A stretch of DNA of 26,344 bases, from positions 1-26,344 of the IMG/VR virus record IMGVR_UViG_3300044852_000013; one strand, 5' to 3'. This document shows, piece by piece, positions 22,703 through 26,344 of the stretch (positions are counted from its first letter, which is position 1; each line of letters begins with the position of its first letter). The notes beneath the pieces are model-generated. The model was not told where the DNA came from. It worked only from the letters and a program-made list of their open reading frames with translations, and made no database searches. Position numbers and translations under genes: made by a program. This DNA comes from a virus. Taxonomy: Duplodnaviria; Caudoviricetes.

Positions 22703-24235
22703 TTAAGCCTCGAGCAGGCGGTTCACGAGTTCGTTGATCACCGCTACGGTCAGGCGCTCACGCTTGTCCATGACGTTGTCTTCTTTGCTCGAGTCCACGA
22801 AGGTCGCTTCGATGATGTCAGCCGTCAGGTTGGCACCACAGGCACGCAGGAACGCAGGAATCAGCGAGGTTTCCAGCATGGCATCCAGACGAGGATCAGC
22901 ACCGTCTTCAACACCACCGATCGACACACTGGTGTCACCGCCTTCGAAGCGAGAAGCCAACAGGTGGTGAGCCTTTTCCAGTTCGCTGGAGAACTTCTCC
23001 TGAACCCAGGTCAGTAGCATCTGGTTATCGCCGCGCAGGCTGTTCACACGCTCGAGCAGTGCAGAGTGATCATTGATGAAATCGTTGATCGCCTTGATAC
23101 CGCCCTTGATGAACAGTTGCTTCGATTGAACCGACAGTTTCTCGTGAATGTGAGCGTAGTACGCCTTAACGTAACCAGCACCACGACCGATGTCTTCGAT
23201 GAACTCAACGATGGACATTGGCTTACCGGACAATGCAGCCCAATGGTAGCCCATGATTGCTTCAGTGAAGCCAACACCCGCTGCCTGAACTTTCGCCAGA
23301 ATGCTGTTGGTGTAGAACACTTTCAGCTTGGCCGTCATGAAACGAGTATCGCCGTACTGCGACTGGCTGTGCGGAGTCAGTGCCGCTTGTTTCTCGGCGA
23401 CGATCACCAGCTGGCGCGTACGGTAGGTCAGTACCACTTGCTTCAGCTTGATGAGGTACAGGGTCATACCGTTCCACAGCTGGCTGACGAAGCTGCGGTA
23501 GGTCGACAGTTCACCGGCCTGCAACCATGGCGCTGGATCTTCGGAGAAGTACATCTTGGTCAACAGGACGTACATCTTCAGCAGCAGTACGAAACGCACA
23601 GACTTGATCTGCGAGAAATCGTAGATACCATCTTTGTTGACGAAGAAGCCCGCCAGCTCACCGAGGTCACTGATACGACCAGCTGCGTCAGAGATGGACT
23701 CATCTTCGTCTTCGAGGATGGCCACCAGGTCTGCATGGGTAGCGCCGATGAAGTCGAGGACTTCACTGGCTTCAGGCCAGCGCCATTTCAGTGCGTTGGC
23801 TTGGCTCAGGTCAACACCGGTATAGGTGATCGACTTGTCGCGCACTTCGGTCGGGTACAGCGGCGATTCGAAGAAGCCATTGTCGACGTTGATGTACTGC
23901 ACGTCGATCAACTGCTCGGTCAGGCTTTGCAGTTGCTTGTGCGAATACAGCAGCTGAGTGTCCTTCAACACACGACGAGCCATCGGCACGCCATAGGTGC
24001 GGATGTTGCCCAACGATTCACGAATGATCTCTGCCAGACGATCACTGGAGCCTTCGAGGGCTTCGGTGTGCATGTTGCCTTGGCTGGCCTGGAGAATCTC
24101 CTCACGGAAATTGTCGGTAAAGGCCAGAGCACCACCGGATTCACCGTTAAGGCCGGCAATCACCTGGCTAGGGCGGAAGTTACCGCCACCAACGACGATC
24201 AGTTCGCCGAGTGCAACGCTGGATTCGCGAATCAT
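22703..24235 (-). CDS. Virion protein, phiKZ gp177-like
   Basis: 510 aa with an AAGGAG RBS. Position between vRNAP beta and the gp176-like/protease genes. Confidence 0.6.
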   Translation of the reverse strand: MIRESSVALGELIVVGGGNFRPSQVIAGLNGESGGALAFTDNFREEILQASQGNMHTEALEGSSDRLAEIIRESLGNIRTYGVPMARRVLKDTQLLYSHKQLQSLTEQLIDVQYINVDNGFFESPLYPTEVRDKSITYTGVDLSQANALKWRWPEASEVLDFIGATHADLVAILEDEDESISDAAGRISDLGELAGFFVNKDGIYDFSQIKSVRFVLLLKMYVLLTKMYFSEDPAPWLQAGELSTYRSFVSQLWNGMTLYLIKLKQVVLTYRTRQLVIVAEKQAALTPHSQSQYGDTRFMTAKLKVFYTNSILAKVQAAGVGFTEAIMGYHWAALSGKPMSIVEFIEDIGRGAGYVKAYYAHIHEKLSVQSKQLFIKGGIKAINDFINDHSALLERVNSLRGDNQMLLTWVQEKFSSELEKAHHLLASRFEGGDTSVSIGGVEDGADPRLDAMLETSLIPAFLRACGANLTADIIEATFVDSSKEDNVMDKRERLTVAVINELVNRLLEA

Positions 24236-24408
24236 TTCGACACTCCTTTAACGCGGGCAACGATAGCCTTGCTGATCTTCTCGTCCATGACGGATTCGCC
24301 CAGCGGCGCGAGATACTGCAACCCTACTTTGGCGAGGGTCTTTTTAACCACTTCCACGGTATTGGCAACCGTGACAATGTTGGTGATGAGTTGCTCTTTA
24401 TCAGTCAT
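24232..24408 (-). CDS. 58-aa small protein absent from the ORF track (MTDKEQLITNIVTVANTVEVVKKTLAKVGLQYLAPLGESVMDEKISKAIVARVKGVSK)
   Basis: AGGAG RBS, ATG at 24408, and TGA at 24232-24234 overlapping the next ATG (ATGA). It fills the gap exactly. Confidence 0.85.
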   Translation of the reverse strand: MTDKEQLITNIVTVANTVEVVKKTLAKVGLQYLAPLGESVMDEKISKAIVARVKGVSK

Positions 24409-24431
24409 CGGACCGATCTCCTGGTAGGGGT

Positions 24432-25358
24432 TTAAAATGGAGCGTTACTGAAGGTGCGGTTCGAAACCGACATCCCTTGGTAATACATGTCGTAGAGACG
24501 GGTGCAGATCTCGCCGACAGTGATGTCGCCATCCTTGTCCATATCAAACCCGCTGTTTTGCAGGTAGGACTTGGCTTCGATAGGGACCGGTGAATCTTTG
24601 CGGAACAGAACTTCGTCTGGACCCTTGCCTACCGCAGCAGGGTAGAAGATGGTCAGATAGAAATCTTCAAGACGCTTGTAAGCCTTACCGCGCTTCTGCC
24701 ACATCTCGAAATACTTGAACACCAGATCGAGTTGATCCAGCTGACTCATGCCCTTGACATCGTCGAGTGTGATCTTCAACCCGTACGTCTTGGCGATGTC
24801 AATCACAGCCGCAACACCGAACTGAATCAGCCCGAAGTAGTTACTGCCGCCATTGTTCTGTTTATCAGGACGGAACGTGCCGCCCGATTCAAAGCACATG
24901 CAGGCCATCAATGCAGAGGCTGCGCCGGGGAACATGTTTTGCTTGGTGCACCAGGCGCGAACCTTCTGAGTGAACTCAGCAGGAACACGATTGCTCCAAC
25001 CCAGGTCATAGAACGGAACGCCATTACGCTTGGCGTAACTGAACGCTACCTGCCGCAGACCGCCCAGGCTACCAGCACCTGGAATGCCGTCAACAGCACC
25101 AGCATAGAGCCCGATCAGTTTCAGGTTGCTCTGGATGTCCTTGATGCCCTGTACCGCAGCATCGAAACCTTTACCCGAGGTAACTGGGAGGGGCACAGAA
25201 CGCCCCCCATTCAAGAACAAATGGTAGTCTTGAAGAAGCTTCAAGACCCCATTCGCCGAACCAGCACCCCAGACACCGTCAATACCACCAGGGTAGACAT
25301 GGCCTTCTTGCAGCACCACTTGAACGTCTTTAACCCCGTTGACTGTCTGGAAGCTCAT
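24432..25358 (-). CDS. Modular endolysin, EL188-like: N-terminal peptidoglycan-binding repeats plus lysozyme-like/transglycosylase domain
   Basis: Two PGBD motifs (IDGVWG.G and VDGIPG.G). Catalytic region LMACMCFESG, GLIQF and QLDLVFKYFEMW.KRGK.Y..LEDFYLTIF.PA, close to my recollection of the phage EL gp188 sequence. Confidence 0.92.
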   Translation of the reverse strand: MSFQTVNGVKDVQVVLQEGHVYPGGIDGVWGAGSANGVLKLLQDYHLFLNGGRSVPLPVTSGKGFDAAVQGIKDIQSNLKLIGLYAGAVDGIPGAGSLGGLRQVAFSYAKRNGVPFYDLGWSNRVPAEFTQKVRAWCTKQNMFPGAASALMACMCFESGGTFRPDKQNNGGSNYFGLIQFGVAAVIDIAKTYGLKITLDDVKGMSQLDQLDLVFKYFEMWQKRGKAYKRLEDFYLTIFYPAAVGKGPDEVLFRKDSPVPIEAKSYLQNSGFDMDKDGDITVGEICTRLYDMYYQGMSVSNRTFSNAPF

Positions 25359-25360
25359 CT

Positions 25361-26344
25361 TTACTTACCTCTGTAAATGGCAATAGCCTGTTTGGTAACA
25401 CCAACCGCCAGTTCACTCGTGCCCAGGCGATCCCGTAAGCTCAGTACCATGCGGTTGAAGCCGCCTTTAAAGCTACACTTGACGTCAACCACTCGACCGT
25501 CTTGAGTCATCAACGGTTTCTTCATCACACCGTTGACAGTACCTTTCATCTGGTTACCGATCACGTATTTGTCCGAGGTGGTAGACCCATCCATGGATTC
25601 GACGTATACAGTAAACAATACCTTGCCTGGCGACAAAACAGGTTTGCTAACGTTGAGGTTGTTACTCACGCTACCTGTTGCAACACTGCCGTCAATCGTG
25701 GACATGCGCTTGCGATCCTTATCCGATGTAGCGATAAGTTTACGCACACTGTCAGACATCTTTTCCACAGGTGAGTTGTACATCACCTCGATCTTCACCA
25801 CCTCGCCGTGGTACTTGGAGCGCATCTGTTTGATGCCCAAGCGGTTGATATCATCAACCTGCGTGGCGGTCTCTCCAGCCCCCGCGAGGTGGCTCTCTTC
25901 AATTTCGCATAAAATCGCGTCGTAGTCGATTTGGTCACCTTTCTTAACCTTAAAGGTCACGACCTTGTCCACATCCACCGCAAACGTATTCTTGGTGAGG
26001 AATGGAGTAATCGATTCCGCCATCACTTCTTTAGAGACAGCAATGGAGTCCTCGTATGTGTCCTGGTCTTCTACTAGCGCAATACGAACTTGACGACCGT
26101 TCTTCCAGACTACTTGTCCTGGGCAGAAAGGGTCCCGTGCAAACCACTGATGGTCCCAACCCAAGACGTCACCCTTAACAAACTTGTCGCCGACTTTCAT
26201 ATCGGTAACACGGGTATGACGATGGTACTCACCACTGGCCTCACCAATAACCAAGCCCAACGGATACTTTTCAGTGTTGCCGTCGTTATAGGTGATTTCC
26301 AGATGGTCCTCTTCAACAGCCGTTACCTTACCGGCCTCTTTAGC
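25361..26344 (-). CDS. 5'-truncated virion RNA polymerase beta-like subunit (phiKZ gp178-like), C-terminal part
   Basis: The frame is open to the window edge (AKEAGKVTAV...). DPBB motifs TYEDSIAVS, SDKYVIGNQMKGTV (both conserved Lys) and D......G..NRM. Confidence 0.88.
   Translation of the reverse strand, partial: AKEAGKVTAVEEDHLEITYNDGNTEKYPLGLVIGEASGEYHRHTRVTDMKVGDKFVKGDVLGWDHQWFARDPFCPGQVVWKNGRQVRIALVEDQDTYEDSIAVSKEVMAESITPFLTKNTFAVDVDKVVTFKVKKGDQIDYDAILCEIEESHLAGAGETATQVDDINRLGIKQMRSKYHGEVVKIEVMYNSPVEKMSDSVRKLIATSDKDRKRMSTIDGSVATGSVSNNLNVSKPVLSPGKVLFTVYVESMDGSTTSDKYVIGNQMKGTVNGVMKKPLMTQDGRVVDVKCSFKGGFNRMVLSLRDRLGTSELAVGVTKQAIAIYRGK

Noticed and set aside
24232-24408. Holin next to the endolysin
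   Set aside because: There is no uninterrupted hydrophobic transmembrane stretch.
17503-25376. Several + strand ORFs (272, 333, 303, 453 and 214 aa)
   Set aside because: Each mirrors a well-supported minus-strand gene and lacks independent support.
1-26344. tRNA genes, CRISPR arrays, self-splicing introns or stop-codon reassignment
   Set aside because: No cloverleaf or repeat-spacer pattern was seen in the short intergenic gaps. Genes are intact in the standard code, and TAA, TAG and TGA all serve as stops.

Overview
A segment of a phiKZ-related jumbo phage genome (Chimalliviridae-like). Gene order and the endolysin most resemble Pseudomonas phage EL. No tRNA, rRNA or CRISPR array was seen. 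From left to right: (1) the 3' end of a probable gp68-like non-virion RNAP specificity subunit; (2) an accessory pair, a putative anti-signalling-defence fusion protein and a PL7 alginate lyase; (3) a minus-strand block with large terminase (306-aa Tyr-initiated class-3 intein in Walker A), a 65-aa ORF and three gp26/27/28-like virion proteins; (4) divergent tail sheath and tail tube genes; (5) a ~7 kb minus-strand accessory region with a secreted protein, two early-promoter genes, an ART-like protein, an atypical thymidylate kinase, a Zn-less QueC-like PP-loop enzyme, a Nudix hydrolase and unknowns; (6) a head/lysis block with prohead protease, gp176/177-like proteins, an unannotated 58-aa ORF, an EL188-like endolysin and the 3' part of a virion RNAP beta subunit. 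The best candidates for new biology are the Nudix/PP-loop/divergent-TMK/ART-like nucleotide module, the phage alginate lyase, the anti-defence fusion, the Tyr1 intein, and an early promoter enclosed by a 14-bp inverted repeat. All homology calls come from motif recognition and recall of these families, not from database searches.
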